Shown here: in pieces, positions 1 through 8,214 of the stretch
How the letters are laid out: every line of letters starts with the position of its first letter
Position numbering within the stretch: position 1 is the stretch's first letter
Virus record (IMG/VR): IMGVR_UViG_3300037307_000160
Coordinates: 1 to 41,723 of that record
Length of the DNA: 41,723 nt
DNA from: a virus
Taxonomy: Duplodnaviria; Caudoviricetes
Direction: 5' to 3' (one strand)
The notes under the pieces: model-generated
What the model was told of the DNA's origin: nothing
What the model saw: only the letters and a program-made list of their open reading frames with translations
The model's database searches: none
Position numbers and translations under genes: made by a program

Positions 1-170
1 CTGCAATCTTTCGCATTCTAATGGGGTCAAACGCCTAATTTTGCCTGCCAAATTGACTCCTGCCGTATTGGAAGCGTCCACTGTAAAAGCGTAGTCACCC
101 TCTATTTTCCTCTGGTTTCTGGTTAAAAAGCGAAGCGGTTGCCTTAAAATAGTCTGAGGTATCGCTCGTC
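1..170. repeat. Terminal direct repeat, copy 1 (circular overlap)
   Basis: 1-170 matches 41554-41723 except at positions 127 (A vs G) and 130 (G vs C). Confidence 0.95.
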
Positions 171-798
171 GTTCTGTGGTCCCCCCGTTCTGGCTTTGAT
201 GGTCCCCGCCAACCCATCCTTGCTGGTCGTCCTTAATCCGAACTTGGTTATCCTGTCTACCGCTTCCTGGGAGAGGAAATACTTGGGGTCGGGGTTTGTC
301 TCTAAGATGTCCGACAATGAACACCCGTTCTCGGTTTTGGGGGACTCCGAAGTCTTTACTATTAAGCACCTGCCATTGGCAGTCATACCCAAGGTCGGTA
401 AGAACCCTAATGATTGTCTGGAAAGTTTGTCCAGACTCATGACTAAGTAAACCTTTGACGTTTTCAAGCAATAAATATCGGGGTCGGTGGTGGCTGACAA
501 TCCGTGCGATTTCAAAGAATAATGTCCCTCTAGTGTCTTCAAATCCACCCCGCTTTCCAGCCACGCTAAAAGCTTGGCAAGGGAAGCCTGCACAGAGTAA
601 GTCGTGAGCGGGGATTTCGTGAGCGCTAACTGTTCTGATGTCTCTTGGGTCGCAGTCTCCGAAGTGATTTCGGTAGACTGAGTTGGCATATTTGTCCCAT
701 TCGTTTGACCAGACACATTCCCAATCTTCCCAATTCTTTGCCCCTTCCATGCCATATCTAAAACCGCCTACTCCTGCAAATAAATCAATGTATCTCAT
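1..798 (-). CDS. dcm: C5 cytosine DNA methyltransferase, 5' part; continues across the circular junction to the stop at 41428 (about 307 aa). Missed by the ORF track
   Basis: Manual translation from ATG at 798 gives MRYIDLFAGVGGF (motif I), AGFPCQAFS (motif IV), LLENVKGL (VI), VPQNRERVFIVG (VIII) and IRRLTPLECERLQGFP (IX). The frame is open to the window edge. Confidence 0.95.
   Translation of the reverse strand, partial: MRYIDLFAGVGGFRYGMEGAKNWEDWECVWSNEWDKYANSVYRNHFGDCDPRDIRTVSAHEIPAHDLLCAGFPCQAFSVAGKRGGFEDTRGTLFFEIARIVSHHRPRYLLLENVKGLLSHESGQTFQTIIRVLTDLGYDCQWQVLNSKDFGVPQNRERVFIVGHLRDKPRPQVFPLPGSGRQDNQVRIKDDQQGWVGGDHQSQNGGTTERRAIPQTILRQPLRFLTRNQRKIEGDYAFTVDASNTAGVNLAGKIRRLTPLECERLQ
144..755 (-). 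CDS. Overlapping alternative-frame ORF inside the methyltransferase (EcoHK31I beta-subunit-like)
   Basis: 203-codon ORF nested in dcm. It contains CSLSDILETNPDPKYFLS, a segment typical of C5-MTase variable regions and beta polypeptides. Confidence 0.55.
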   Translation of the reverse strand: MAWKGQRIGKIGNVSGQTNGTNMPTQSTEITSETATQETSEQLALTKSPLTTYSVQASLAKLLAWLESGVDLKTLEGHYSLKSHGLSATTDPDIYCLKTSKVYLVMSLDKLSRQSLGFLPTLGMTANGRCLIVKTSESPKTENGCSLSDILETNPDPKYFLSQEAVDRITKFGLRTTSKDGLAGTIKARTGGPQNDERYLRLF

Positions 799-1130
799 CT
801 GCTTTTATGTCTATCGTGCCATCCAGATAAATCTTTCCAAGTGTACTTGGCTTTCTTGACCTGTTCTGGAGTGGCTTTGATACCTTTTGTACCATATCGT
901 TCCACATATTCACGGGATAATTCGCCTTCACGGTATGGCTGCAGAATAGAGCCGAAGTATTCCCGCCTCTGTTCCTTAATTTCATTAGGCACAAACTCAT
1001 GCGCCCCGCTTCTAAAGTGCCGTCCACACGCCCATCCTTCCTTTTCTCCGTCTTGAGTTTGCCACTTACGGTGAGACCATGACCAATACTCCGTTTCCTT
1101 CTGGCACAATATACAGTATTGTTTAGCCAT
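795..1130 (-). CDS. Phage hypothetical protein with Cys motifs
   Basis: ATG start, CxxC near the N-terminus, TGA overlapping the dcm ATG (ATGA coupling). Confidence 0.75.
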   Translation of the reverse strand: MAKQYCILCQKETEYWSWSHRKWQTQDGEKEGWACGRHFRSGAHEFVPNEIKEQRREYFGSILQPYREGELSREYVERYGTKGIKATPEQVKKAKYTWKDLSGWHDRHKSR

Positions 1131-1371
1131 TCATTTCCTTCCAATAAGTTTCTTCTATCGCTTTTTCCGTTTCCTCTCTAATTGTACCTTTTTTGGCTAT
1201 CTCTAAAGCTGTCGGTTTTGTTACCTTACCGACCTTGATTGTCGTTGCCTTGGGTTTTAGCTTAGCTTTTAACTGGCCCAATGGCTGCTCCAACGACATT
1301 TGCCTACCCAAACCATAGCCAATTAACAATGAGGCGGTGGTTAAAAGCCAGACCAACGCCACTTCCATCAT
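1123..1371 (-). CDS. Small membrane-anchored protein
   Basis: N-terminal hydrophobic helix; overlaps its neighbours. Confidence 0.7.
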   Translation of the reverse strand: MMEVALVWLLTTASLLIGYGLGRQMSLEQPLGQLKAKLKPKATTIKVGKVTKPTALEIAKKGTIREETEKAIEETYWKEMNG

Positions 1372-1667
1372 ATTAAGCTTTTCTGTCGGGCGTATTTCTG
1401 ACGATAAACTTCAGCCTCACGCTTCCGTCTCTCTTGAGCTACTTCAGATTGGGTTATTATTCTATCTTCAATCAACTTCCGCCTTATTCTGGTTATGCTT
1501 TCGGGCGTAGCACAATCATTGAACCAGGCTTCTTTCTGTTCCTGGGACAGGGTAAGCCCCTGCTGTTTCCACACGGCCAGAAGCAGAAACTTATCATCTT
1601 CAACTAACCAGGGATGGTTGGTCAAAAGACTGACCACTAATTGTTCGGTTTTCTTTGACGCTGGCAT
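1368..1667 (-). CDS. Putative HTH-like phage protein
   Basis: PESITRIRRKL segment; tight gene packing. Confidence 0.65.
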   Translation of the reverse strand: MPASKKTEQLVVSLLTNHPWLVEDDKFLLLAVWKQQGLTLSQEQKEAWFNDCATPESITRIRRKLIEDRIITQSEVAQERRKREAEVYRQKYARQKSLI

Positions 1668-1668
1668 A

Positions 1669-1947
1669 TTAGCCCTCTCTTTTGGTTACTGTAATTACCA
1701 CTGTGAACTCTGGCTTTTCACTACAGGTGAACAGCAGGTTACTTTCGTGGTCATAAAAATAAATGTCTTCCAGACTACTCAGCCCGTAAACGCTAAACTT
1801 CCAAGCTTCCTGGGTTTTTGGAAGTGTGTATCTACTAGATTTATACCAAGCGTCCAACACTTCTTTGACCGTCAGCCCTATTTCCTTAGCCCTCAGTAGG
1901 CTGTGCATTGTCCATTGAGCCTGGTGTTTTCGCTTCTTTGCTATCAT
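1669..1947 (-). CDS. Hypothetical protein, possible DUF4258/RelE-BrnT-like fold
   Basis: Likely start MIAKKRK at 1947; pattern WTMHSLLRAKEIG...VVITV. Confidence 0.5.
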   Translation of the reverse strand: MIAKKRKHQAQWTMHSLLRAKEIGLTVKEVLDAWYKSSRYTLPKTQEAWKFSVYGLSSLEDIYFYDHESNLLFTCSEKPEFTVVITVTKREG

Positions 1948-2209
1948 TGACGCTGACACCGCCTTTCCCCAAGTATTTGTACTTGATAAATGTCCACAAT
2001 GGCACAATGCTGGCTAATCTGGCTTGTTGCTCTTTATCCACAACTATCTGGAAATTAGCCACATGGAGCTTGCCTTCCTCACGCACCATACACCGCACCG
2101 TACAGAACTTATGGTCTAACCTAACTGGCTTCCACACGGGGACGGCCTGCTCTACAGGATTGTCAACTTTTTTGACAGGTTTATTGTCAACTTTCTTTAC
2201 TTTCGGCAT
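1886..2209 (-). CDS. Hypothetical protein
   Basis: GGAG RBS; N-terminal KKVDN duplication. Confidence 0.65.
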   Translation of the reverse strand: MPKVKKVDNKPVKKVDNPVEQAVPVWKPVRLDHKFCTVRCMVREEGKLHVANFQIVVDKEQQARLASIVPLWTFIKYKYLGKGGVSVNDSKEAKTPGSMDNAQPTEG

Positions 2210-2210
2210 A

Positions 2211-2402
2211 TTAGTTTTCCTCTCCTAACCACTTCTCTCGGTCTTTCCAAGACCGCCTAATGGTTTTGCCGTCACCCGACAGCTTGACGATAACTTTTAA
2301 TTCGTACAGGTTGTCATCCTGGTTATGGGTAAGCCAGTCAAACATTTCCTCATAGTGCTGGTCTACCATTTCCTCAATTTGTTTTGGCTGTTTCTTTGCC
2401 AT
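2211..2402 (-). CDS. Hypothetical protein
   Basis: RBS-like GGCGG upstream; operon packing. Confidence 0.65.
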   Translation of the reverse strand: MAKKQPKQIEEMVDQHYEEMFDWLTHNQDDNLYELKVIVKLSGDGKTIRRSWKDREKWLGEEN

Positions 2403-2592
2403 TTGTTCCGCCTTTCTTTTCTAACTGGCTACCTTGTATGCCAATTTGCAATAACCCGAAATTAGGGCATTTTGGATTGGTACAGACTGGTATGAACCGC
2501 TTGCTTTTGGGTATCCTAACCCCCTGTTTCATGGGTAAAGCACACTGGACACACACCAGAGTTAAATCAATCTCTGCTAACATAGGCCACAT
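2374..2592 (-). CDS. Small zinc-ribbon protein
   Basis: CVQC...CTNPKC; AAGGA RBS. Confidence 0.6.
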   Translation of the reverse strand: MWPMLAEIDLTLVCVQCALPMKQGVRIPKSKRFIPVCTNPKCPNFGLLQIGIQGSQLEKKGGTNGKETAKTN

Positions 2593-2782
2593 TTCCTTTC
2601 TTAATAGCTAATTCAGTTTTGGTTAGATTATCCCGCATTTGCCTAATAGTCTGGCCTTGGCCGAGGTCATAGAGTTCCCAATGCTTTAAGCACCAGCTAA
2701 ACCCATCCCCCATCACCGTTCCCCATGTACCACAGACACAGCAGTCCCATCCCGTGTCTATTCTGGCGTAATAGTCAGCCAT
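2567..2782 (-). CDS. Small Cys-containing hypothetical protein
   Basis: CCVCG...CLKH; GAGGGGG RBS. Confidence 0.6.
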   Translation of the reverse strand: MADYYARIDTGWDCCVCGTWGTVMGDGFSWCLKHWELYDLGQGQTIRQMRDNLTKTELAIKKGNVAYVSRD

Positions 2783-2987
2783 TTTCCCCCCTCATTTTAG
2801 CTAGGAATGCCTGGAAAAGCGCCCAACCCTTTAAGCCTTTGGCCTTTTGTTGCGCTTCCCATTGGACATCATCTAATAATTGTTGCTCAACGGGGTTCTC
2901 TGATGTCGTTCCTGGCGGTGCATTAACCCCATCTATAAAGGGATAACCGCCAATCCAGACAATCTTTGACTGTTCTTTGTCTGTCAT
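2775..2987 (-). CDS. Hypothetical protein
   Basis: ORF coupled to both neighbours. Confidence 0.6.
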   Translation of the reverse strand: MTDKEQSKIVWIGGYPFIDGVNAPPGTTSENPVEQQLLDDVQWEAQQKAKGLKGWALFQAFLAKMRGENG

Positions 2988-3130
2988 GTGAACCTTAGAA
3001 AGGCAATAATTTGAGCTAACGCCACAATGACGGCTGCCTCAAAGCCGAAAAAGTGGTTGACTAGAAGCAGGACGAAAAGCCACCAGAGGGTAGTTACAAC
3101 TGCTTCCCGATTTAGCCGTTCTTTTATCAT
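2984..3130 (-). CDS. Small two-TM membrane protein
   Basis: Start MIKERLN at 3130; two hydrophobic stretches. Confidence 0.55.
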   Translation of the reverse strand: MIKERLNREAVVTTLWWLFVLLLVNHFFGFEAAVIVALAQIIAFLRFT

Positions 3131-3140
3131 ATTGGTGGCT

Positions 3141-3374
3141 TCAACTAATTGATATTCCGCTATCTGCCAAGGCACTTTCTATCTCGGCTTGTGAGTATTT
3201 TTCCCTAGCGCATTCTTCACAAATAGGAATATCGTAGCCTTTATACTTAGCCATCTTAAAACCTATACTTGCGCCCAGAGACACCTCATCATTACAAAAG
3301 ACGCAGAAATAACTGGCCGTCAGAGGCGCTGGCACGTTATAGATTTTTACTTCACCGTCAACTGTCCAAGGCAT
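3141..3374 (-). CDS. Small zinc-finger protein
   Basis: Start MPWTVDG at 3374 after AAGG; CVFC...CEEC. Confidence 0.6.
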   Translation of the reverse strand: MPWTVDGEVKIYNVPAPLTASYFCVFCNDEVSLGASIGFKMAKYKGYDIPICEECAREKYSQAEIESALADSGISIS

Positions 3375-3376
3375 AT

Positions 3377-3472
3377 TTATTTGTACCTTTCGCTGGCATA
3401 CCAAATGCCAAGCACTATGCTAATAAGTAAACAGAATATCCAGAATAATAATGCTTCACTGTTTAGTAACAT
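3377..3472 (-). CDS. 31-aa single-TM peptide (not in ORF track)
   Basis: MLLNSEALLFWIFCLLISIVLGIWYASERYK; GAGGGGTG RBS; fills the intergenic gap. Confidence 0.55.
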   Translation of the reverse strand: MLLNSEALLFWIFCLLISIVLGIWYASERYK

Positions 3473-3473
3473 T

Positions 3474-3770
3474 TCACCCCTCATTAGCTATTTTTAATAA
3501 CACATCAGCGTGGCAAGGCTCATCCAAGGGACACCAGCAAGCCAGGTCTTTGCCTTTTAGCTGTCGCTTTACTTCGCTGATAAAGTATTCATCAGGCTCT
3601 AAGTCTTCGTAGCCCATGACTTGACTAGCAAACATTGAGACAGCCTGCAACCGCCCATATTCCCGCCAATCATTCCAATTAGCCCATTGTGAGGGTCGCC
3701 CCACATAGACCGTATTCGGGGGCATACGCCATCCCTTAACCCGTTTTCTTTGTATGCGTTTTGGTTTCAT
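3474..3770 (-). CDS. DUF4326 family protein
   Basis: PKRIQRKRVKGWRMPPNTVYVGRPSQWAN and LKGKDLACWCPLDEPCHADVL motifs. Confidence 0.85.
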   Translation of the reverse strand: MKPKRIQRKRVKGWRMPPNTVYVGRPSQWANWNDWREYGRLQAVSMFASQVMGYEDLEPDEYFISEVKRQLKGKDLACWCPLDEPCHADVLLKIANEG

Positions 3771-3832
3771 AATTAGTCTCTCAAGGTGAGGGGCTGGTGG
3801 CTTCCCCCCACTTTTAGATACCAATGGTTTCC

Positions 3833-4777
3833 CTATCTAAACAGCACCCAACCTGTCGTTGCACCGTCAACGACCTCACTAATGGTTGAGGCATTAACAA
3901 TGCCGTCAGTGGCACAGCCATTGACAGCCTGGACACCGAACGTCCAGTCAAGGTTTGTCAGACCTTTAATCTCCTCATAGCCGTCATTCGGGCTATTGGA
4001 AAGAGCGTGTTGCCACTCACTAGACGAGTTCTCACGCCAATAAATGTTTACCTTGTCTCCCTGCTTGGGATACCATTTCACAATGGCTGTCCCGTTCAGG
4101 CGATAGACATGGGGATTAACGACAGGTTCAGGTACGCTGTCGGTACACGCAGGCACACCACAGTCATGCGTACAGCCTTCAGGCTTGCTTTCCTCTTTGG
4201 GTTGTTCTGGAATTGGGGTCGGTGTGGGTGTCGGTTCGGTTGGACACTCACACATCCACGTATCATCTGCATAGCCACAACTGTAAGCTTCCTTACAATA
4301 TCCGTATTTGTATTCCCCGCACCAATCATCATTCGGTTTCTCACTACATTCTCCACAGCTATATTCCTGCTCGTCACACACGGGGGGAGTCGGTTCTGGA
4401 GTCGGAGTAGGCGTAGGAGTTAGCGTAGGTGTCGGTGTTGGTGGGGGACAGAGACCTGGCAAATCATAGGTTTCGCTATTATGAGGCGTTCCTAGATGTC
4501 CCAGGCACGAATTGTATTGGTTAAAATTATGCTGGACGGCTTGAGCGGGATTGATGTGGCATAACCTGTAATCCCAATCTTCGCATTGTCCCCTGTCCCA
4601 ATCAGCACAATACTTTCCCTGGTCGCAGACATTCTGGACTACCGCCTCGGTTTTCGGTGCTAACCAAAGCCACACTATCCAGATGAATAGACCAATCAGC
4701 AATAACGCCAATAACACTTTGAGCCAGTTTGTTCTAGTTTCAACTGGTTCAACAGTCGGTTCTTTAATTTGAGCCAT
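3833..4777 (-). CDS. Membrane-anchored Cys-rich, Pro-Thr-repeat protein with C-terminal fibronectin-III-like domain
   Basis: N-terminal TM helix, (PT)n linkers, many Cys, C-terminal W...Y...FGVQAVNGC pattern; GGGGGTG RBS. Confidence 0.7.
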   Translation of the reverse strand: MAQIKEPTVEPVETRTNWLKVLLALLLIGLFIWIVWLWLAPKTEAVVQNVCDQGKYCADWDRGQCEDWDYRLCHINPAQAVQHNFNQYNSCLGHLGTPHNSETYDLPGLCPPPTPTPTLTPTPTPTPEPTPPVCDEQEYSCGECSEKPNDDWCGEYKYGYCKEAYSCGYADDTWMCECPTEPTPTPTPIPEQPKEESKPEGCTHDCGVPACTDSVPEPVVNPHVYRLNGTAIVKWYPKQGDKVNIYWRENSSSEWQHALSNSPNDGYEEIKGLTNLDWTFGVQAVNGCATDGIVNASTISEVVDGATTGWVLFR

Positions 4778-4807
4778 TTTTATCACCCCCTTTACTTTTA
4801 ATTTGCT

Positions 4808-4869
4808 CTGATGTGAGCGGTTGGGGCAACTTGATAGCTAACGTCAAATCGCCCCTGCTCTCACACCAG
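4808..4869 (-). other. Long intergenic RNA hairpin (possible RNase III site)
   Basis: GGGGCGATTTGA/TCAAGTTGCCCC pairs fully with G-U wobbles on the minus strand and is extended by GTGTGAG/CTCACAT; no U-tract. Confidence 0.55.
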
Positions 4870-4870
4870 C

Positions 4871-5608
4871 TTAATAGAAGCGCAGGGAATTAGCTGGCGT
4901 TAATCCCTTATTATAGATGTCTTCAAACAACCGCAGATACTCGGTCATGGTCGCCCTACGATACATTGGTTGACCGTAGCGCTGTAACCTATCTACCAGA
5001 GTATCATGGTCTACCCCCTTATCATAGATTAAAGACAAGGCTTGGATAAACTCACGGTCTTTCCAGGTATTTTCTGAAGTGAAGGGGACGACATCATGCA
5101 ATCTCCTGGCAAACTCATTTGCCCAATCATAGTCAACTATTTCAAATTGACCTTGCTTGAACTTCTTGTAACCTGCTTCCTTAATCCGCTTGGTTTCAGA
5201 AGATAGAATGGCGATTGAGTTAGACGTAGAAATGTGCCACTTATTCTTGAACTGTGCTAGTTTGATATAGTCTTCATAGCCTAGCTGGACGAAAGTTTGA
5301 GCGTAATCGTCAATCTTCCATCCCTTAACAGCGGTATTGAACATGATTACATCTTCAATATCCAAGTCGTCTCCCACTACGTAATACACGGGAACATTCA
5401 AGGCTTTGGCTACTTCCAAGCGGTGCTGGCCGTCAATCACCTGCATTTCCTCATTAACAATAATGGGGTTTAGGCTTAACAGATTTTTCCTGTTGACTGC
5501 TGACAGCAAATGTTTATAGTGTTCTTGGTTAAGCAACCGATTGCCTTTCACCGTCTTAAAGGAAGCGTAGTCGGTTGTTTTTTTTATGGTCTTGATACCA
5601 TTAGTCAT
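4871..5608 (-). CDS. ParB/Srx-like N-terminal domain protein
   Basis: GNR...NPIIVNEEMQVIDGQHRLEVA motif. Confidence 0.8.
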   Translation of the reverse strand: MTNGIKTIKKTTDYASFKTVKGNRLLNQEHYKHLLSAVNRKNLLSLNPIIVNEEMQVIDGQHRLEVAKALNVPVYYVVGDDLDIEDVIMFNTAVKGWKIDDYAQTFVQLGYEDYIKLAQFKNKWHISTSNSIAILSSETKRIKEAGYKKFKQGQFEIVDYDWANEFARRLHDVVPFTSENTWKDREFIQALSLIYDKGVDHDTLVDRLQRYGQPMYRRATMTEYLRLFEDIYNKGLTPANSLRFY

Positions 5609-5625
5609 TAAATATCACCTTCTTT

Positions 5626-5955
5626 CTATTCAATTATTTCTTTTCTAATAACATAAGGTGCGTTTTTAACACGCTTGGCCTTATGGGTCGGTTGTCTAAA
5701 AGTCCAGATTTCCTTAACAAAATGGTCACAAGCCTTAAAATCTTCAATCGCTTTTCTTAGAGCCTGGGGTACGCCACCTTGACCTTTAATGGCGATACCC
5801 CTAATGATGTAGTCCTGGTGGGCAAGTAAGTCCCAGATATTCCAATAATCCACGCTGTACCCTACGGGGGTACGCCTCGGCTTAGCTTTCCAATCTACGT
5901 GCCAACCCTCGGCCTCTAAGAGCTTTTGCGCTCGGATTTCAAACTTGCTTCTCAT
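5626..5955 (-). CDS. Putative PD-(D/E)XK nuclease / resolvase-like protein
   Basis: FE..AQKLLEAEGWHV...DYWNIWDLLA...IAIK pattern. Confidence 0.55.
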   Translation of the reverse strand: MRSKFEIRAQKLLEAEGWHVDWKAKPRRTPVGYSVDYWNIWDLLAHQDYIIRGIAIKGQGGVPQALRKAIEDFKACDHFVKEIWTFRQPTHKAKRVKNAPYVIRKEIIE

Positions 5956-6245
5956 CTAAATAATCCTTTCACTTTTTCCCAAAATGAGGGACGCTTTGTC
6001 ATATCTATTACGGGTGAAGCCGTCCAAGTGTAATAGGTTTTTTGCTTAAACCTGGGCTTTGGCTTCGTTTTCTTCCAATAGGTCTTGGTGTAATCCTTCC
6101 AGCTTGTAGATTTCTGGATTTGCCTAATGGTGGTTATACCCCGATACTGTCTTTTGGGCAGTTTACGGTGTACCTGGGTCGGGCTATGACGCTCAAGCTT
6201 ATGCTTGATGTAGTCATATTCCTCTCTAGTTATGTTACTTGCCAT
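5952..6245 (-). CDS. Basic hypothetical protein, possibly DNA-binding
   Basis: Lys/Arg-rich; coupled to neighbours. Confidence 0.6.
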   Translation of the reverse strand: MASNITREEYDYIKHKLERHSPTQVHRKLPKRQYRGITTIRQIQKSTSWKDYTKTYWKKTKPKPRFKQKTYYTWTASPVIDMTKRPSFWEKVKGLFR

Positions 6246-6441
6246 GCTTTAACTCACCCCCCGTCTGCGCCTGTCTAATCCATCTCAGGGCAGTAGGTTC
6301 AGAGACTCCTCTGGCTTGCATAATGGCAAGCTTAACCGCAGGAATTGACTTACCTTCGTCTAACATTGAGGCAATTTCGGCCAAGTCCTTAATGGTGAAC
6401 TTAGGCGCAAACGTGCCTCTCTCGGTTCGTGCCTGCTTCAT
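6235..6441 (-). CDS. Small HTH DNA-binding protein
   Basis: GKSIPAV...GVSEPTALRWIRQA. Confidence 0.65.
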   Translation of the reverse strand: MKQARTERGTFAPKFTIKDLAEIASMLDEGKSIPAVKLAIMQARGVSEPTALRWIRQAQTGGELKHGK

Positions 6442-6447
6442 ATTATT

Positions 6448-7026
6448 TTATTCCCCCCCACCTAAGACCCGCTCAATTTCGTCTACGTCCACTTCCTCAC
6501 TGGCCTTAACATCTTCAGTGGCAAACGGGTCGCCACCGTCATACATGGCCTCAAGGTTAATCTTCATATCGGCAAAGAGGCGCATAACCCCCTCATCCAA
6601 TTTCTTGTGGGGCTTGGGCTGAACGTCATACTTGGTCTCTCGGCCTTCGCCTTCCCGCATAATCACCAAGTCGTATCCATTAACACCCTTGGGATTGCCC
6701 CAATCTTCGTCTCTGGAGAGGTTTTGGATAGAGCGCATAACGCCCTTTTGGGTTAGCTCAAGGATTTTGATTTTCTTATCCTTGTAGTCAAAGACTGGCA
6801 TAGCCCAAAACTCTCGGATAGGGTCTTCCCCTAATTCTTCAGGACTAATCCGCTCCCCTTTCCTGCGCCTGTGGACAAAGCGGTTTTTCTTAGCGTCTTC
6901 AGTCCACCATTCCTGGCCGATTATCGGACTGGCAAGAATGCGAAAGCGATTATCGCCTTGTTCTAATTTCATATATTGGTCAGAGGTCGCTTTAACCTCA
7001 TAGCCTTCGGGTAAGAAGTCAGACAT
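6448..7026 (-). CDS. Single-stranded DNA-binding protein-like (gp32-like OB fold)
   Basis: YMKLEQGDNRFRIL, IKILELTQK, GYDLVIMREGEGRETKY, acidic C-terminal tail. Confidence 0.65.
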   Translation of the reverse strand: MSDFLPEGYEVKATSDQYMKLEQGDNRFRILASPIIGQEWWTEDAKKNRFVHRRRKGERISPEELGEDPIREFWAMPVFDYKDKKIKILELTQKGVMRSIQNLSRDEDWGNPKGVNGYDLVIMREGEGRETKYDVQPKPHKKLDEGVMRLFADMKINLEAMYDGGDPFATEDVKASEEVDVDEIERVLGGGE

Positions 7027-7027
7027 A

Positions 7028-7297
7028 TTAGTCTTTCCTTTCTTTTAATAATTGATTCAATTCCTTAAATACATACACCATGTCAGCTACCATATCGGCA
7101 AGCTGGTTGACCCGCTTCTCCATCTTGATAACGGTCAGGTGAAGCGCCCAAAAGTCTGCCCGTTGCAGGGAACGCATGGCGGTCTCCGCCCCGTAACATT
7201 CCCTGAGTAACTCAATCGCCTTGCCTTCGTTGTAAACAATTTGTGAAGACATCATCTGGCTAGGCGTTAATTCGTTATCGTCTTTAGGTCTTGCCAT
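7028..7297 (-). CDS. Hypothetical protein
   Basis: ORF in a tightly packed operon. Confidence 0.6.
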   Translation of the reverse strand: MARPKDDNELTPSQMMSSQIVYNEGKAIELLRECYGAETAMRSLQRADFWALHLTVIKMEKRVNQLADMVADMVYVFKELNQLLKERKD

Positions 7298-7604
7298 GTT
7301 CTTTCTCCCAATCTAATTTTTCTTGATACTCGTCTTCACACCAGGGACAGTCGGTGTCTTCTCCTGGCTTATGGAAAGCATAATGGTCTTCCGCTTCCCT
7401 GGCTGACTTGGAGTCCATGACTAAATCTGCGTGGTAAATGTTGCCGTCATCCAGCGTCCCAAGCCAACCGTTAAACATTTCTACTACCGAACCCAAGCCG
7501 TAAGCGGTGTAAAGGGTGTTGAGTCTGTCGTAGAGCAGAGAGGTGTCCAGAACATACAGGGTGTCCTTTTGCCTCTCTGCTACTGACTTAACCTTAATTG
7601 GCAT
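7284..7604 (-). CDS. Hypothetical protein
   Basis: Likely start MPIKVK at 7604; C-terminal H...CPWC. Confidence 0.6.
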   Translation of the reverse strand: MPIKVKSVAERQKDTLYVLDTSLLYDRLNTLYTAYGLGSVVEMFNGWLGTLDDGNIYHADLVMDSKSAREAEDHYAFHKPGEDTDCPWCEDEYQEKLDWEKEHGKT

Positions 7605-7917
7605 ACCTACCATTCCGCTTGCCGTCTATGGCTAACTTCAAGTCCTTGGCGATTTCATCTGCCTTGGCCTGAGCCAGACCGTCCACCGCTACGTCTAAGA
7701 AGCTATCATTTTCTTGATAACTGCGCTTGACTAAGTGAACCAAGTCCAAGCGCCTGCCAATCATCACGTGCAGGAGACCACTGTGGTCGCCCATGTCGGT
7801 TGTCCCTAGGACAATTATGCCCTTGAGATTACCTTTCTCTAAAAACTCGTTGAAGCTTTCTTTAAGCTTCTCTATATCTTTCGGCTCTACTTGCCGATTT
7901 TGATTGTGGGTCGTCAT
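7594..7917 (-). CDS. Hypothetical protein, first gene of the early/middle operon
   Basis: Start MTTHNQ at 7917 with GAAAGGTG RBS, downstream of the 7958-7986 promoter. Confidence 0.65.
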   Translation of the reverse strand: MTTHNQNRQVEPKDIEKLKESFNEFLEKGNLKGIIVLGTTDMGDHSGLLHVMIGRRLDLVHLVKRSYQENDSFLDVAVDGLAQAKADEIAKDLKLAIDGKRNGRYAN

Positions 7918-7957
7918 ACGACACCTTTCTTGGCAGATAATACTGAATAATAGCGCT

Positions 7958-7986
7958 ATCCTAACACGGCTAATGTCCCGTGTCAA
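7958..7986 (-). promoter_or_regulatory. sigma70-type promoter with palindromic spacer
   Basis: TTGACA-17 nt-TAGGAT with TG extension; ACACGG...CCGTGT inverted repeat. Confidence 0.7.
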
Positions 7987-8040
7987 TACGGCATACACCA
8001 GAGTAGGGGGAAAACCGCCATTAGAAGATATTGGAAGATA

Positions 8041-8214
8041 CTAGAATAGCTCCGCTCTCACCATCTGCTCAAAACTAGGCGTGGCCGTTTTTATCTGCCT
8101 TTTCTCTAAACCCCAATCCAATAACCGAATACGCATAGCTAATAGTTTCTGGTCTTTGCCACGAACTTTATTAAACTGTGCTAGGAGCTGTAACCGTTTC
8201 TGTTCTGAACTCAT
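8041..8214 (-). CDS. 57-aa hypothetical protein (not in ORF track)
   Basis: MSSEQKRLQLLAQFNKVRGKDQKLLAMRIRLLDWGLEKRQ...AELF. Confidence 0.55.
   Translation of the reverse strand: MSSEQKRLQLLAQFNKVRGKDQKLLAMRIRLLDWGLEKRQIKTATPSFEQMVRAELF

Noticed and set aside
2155-2195. TTGACA repeats as promoters
   Set aside because: Explained by the coding duplication KKVDN; no properly spaced -10 identified
4871-5608. Plasmid-prophage partition system
   Set aside because: Only a ParB-like N-terminal domain; no ParA ATPase or parS array recognised
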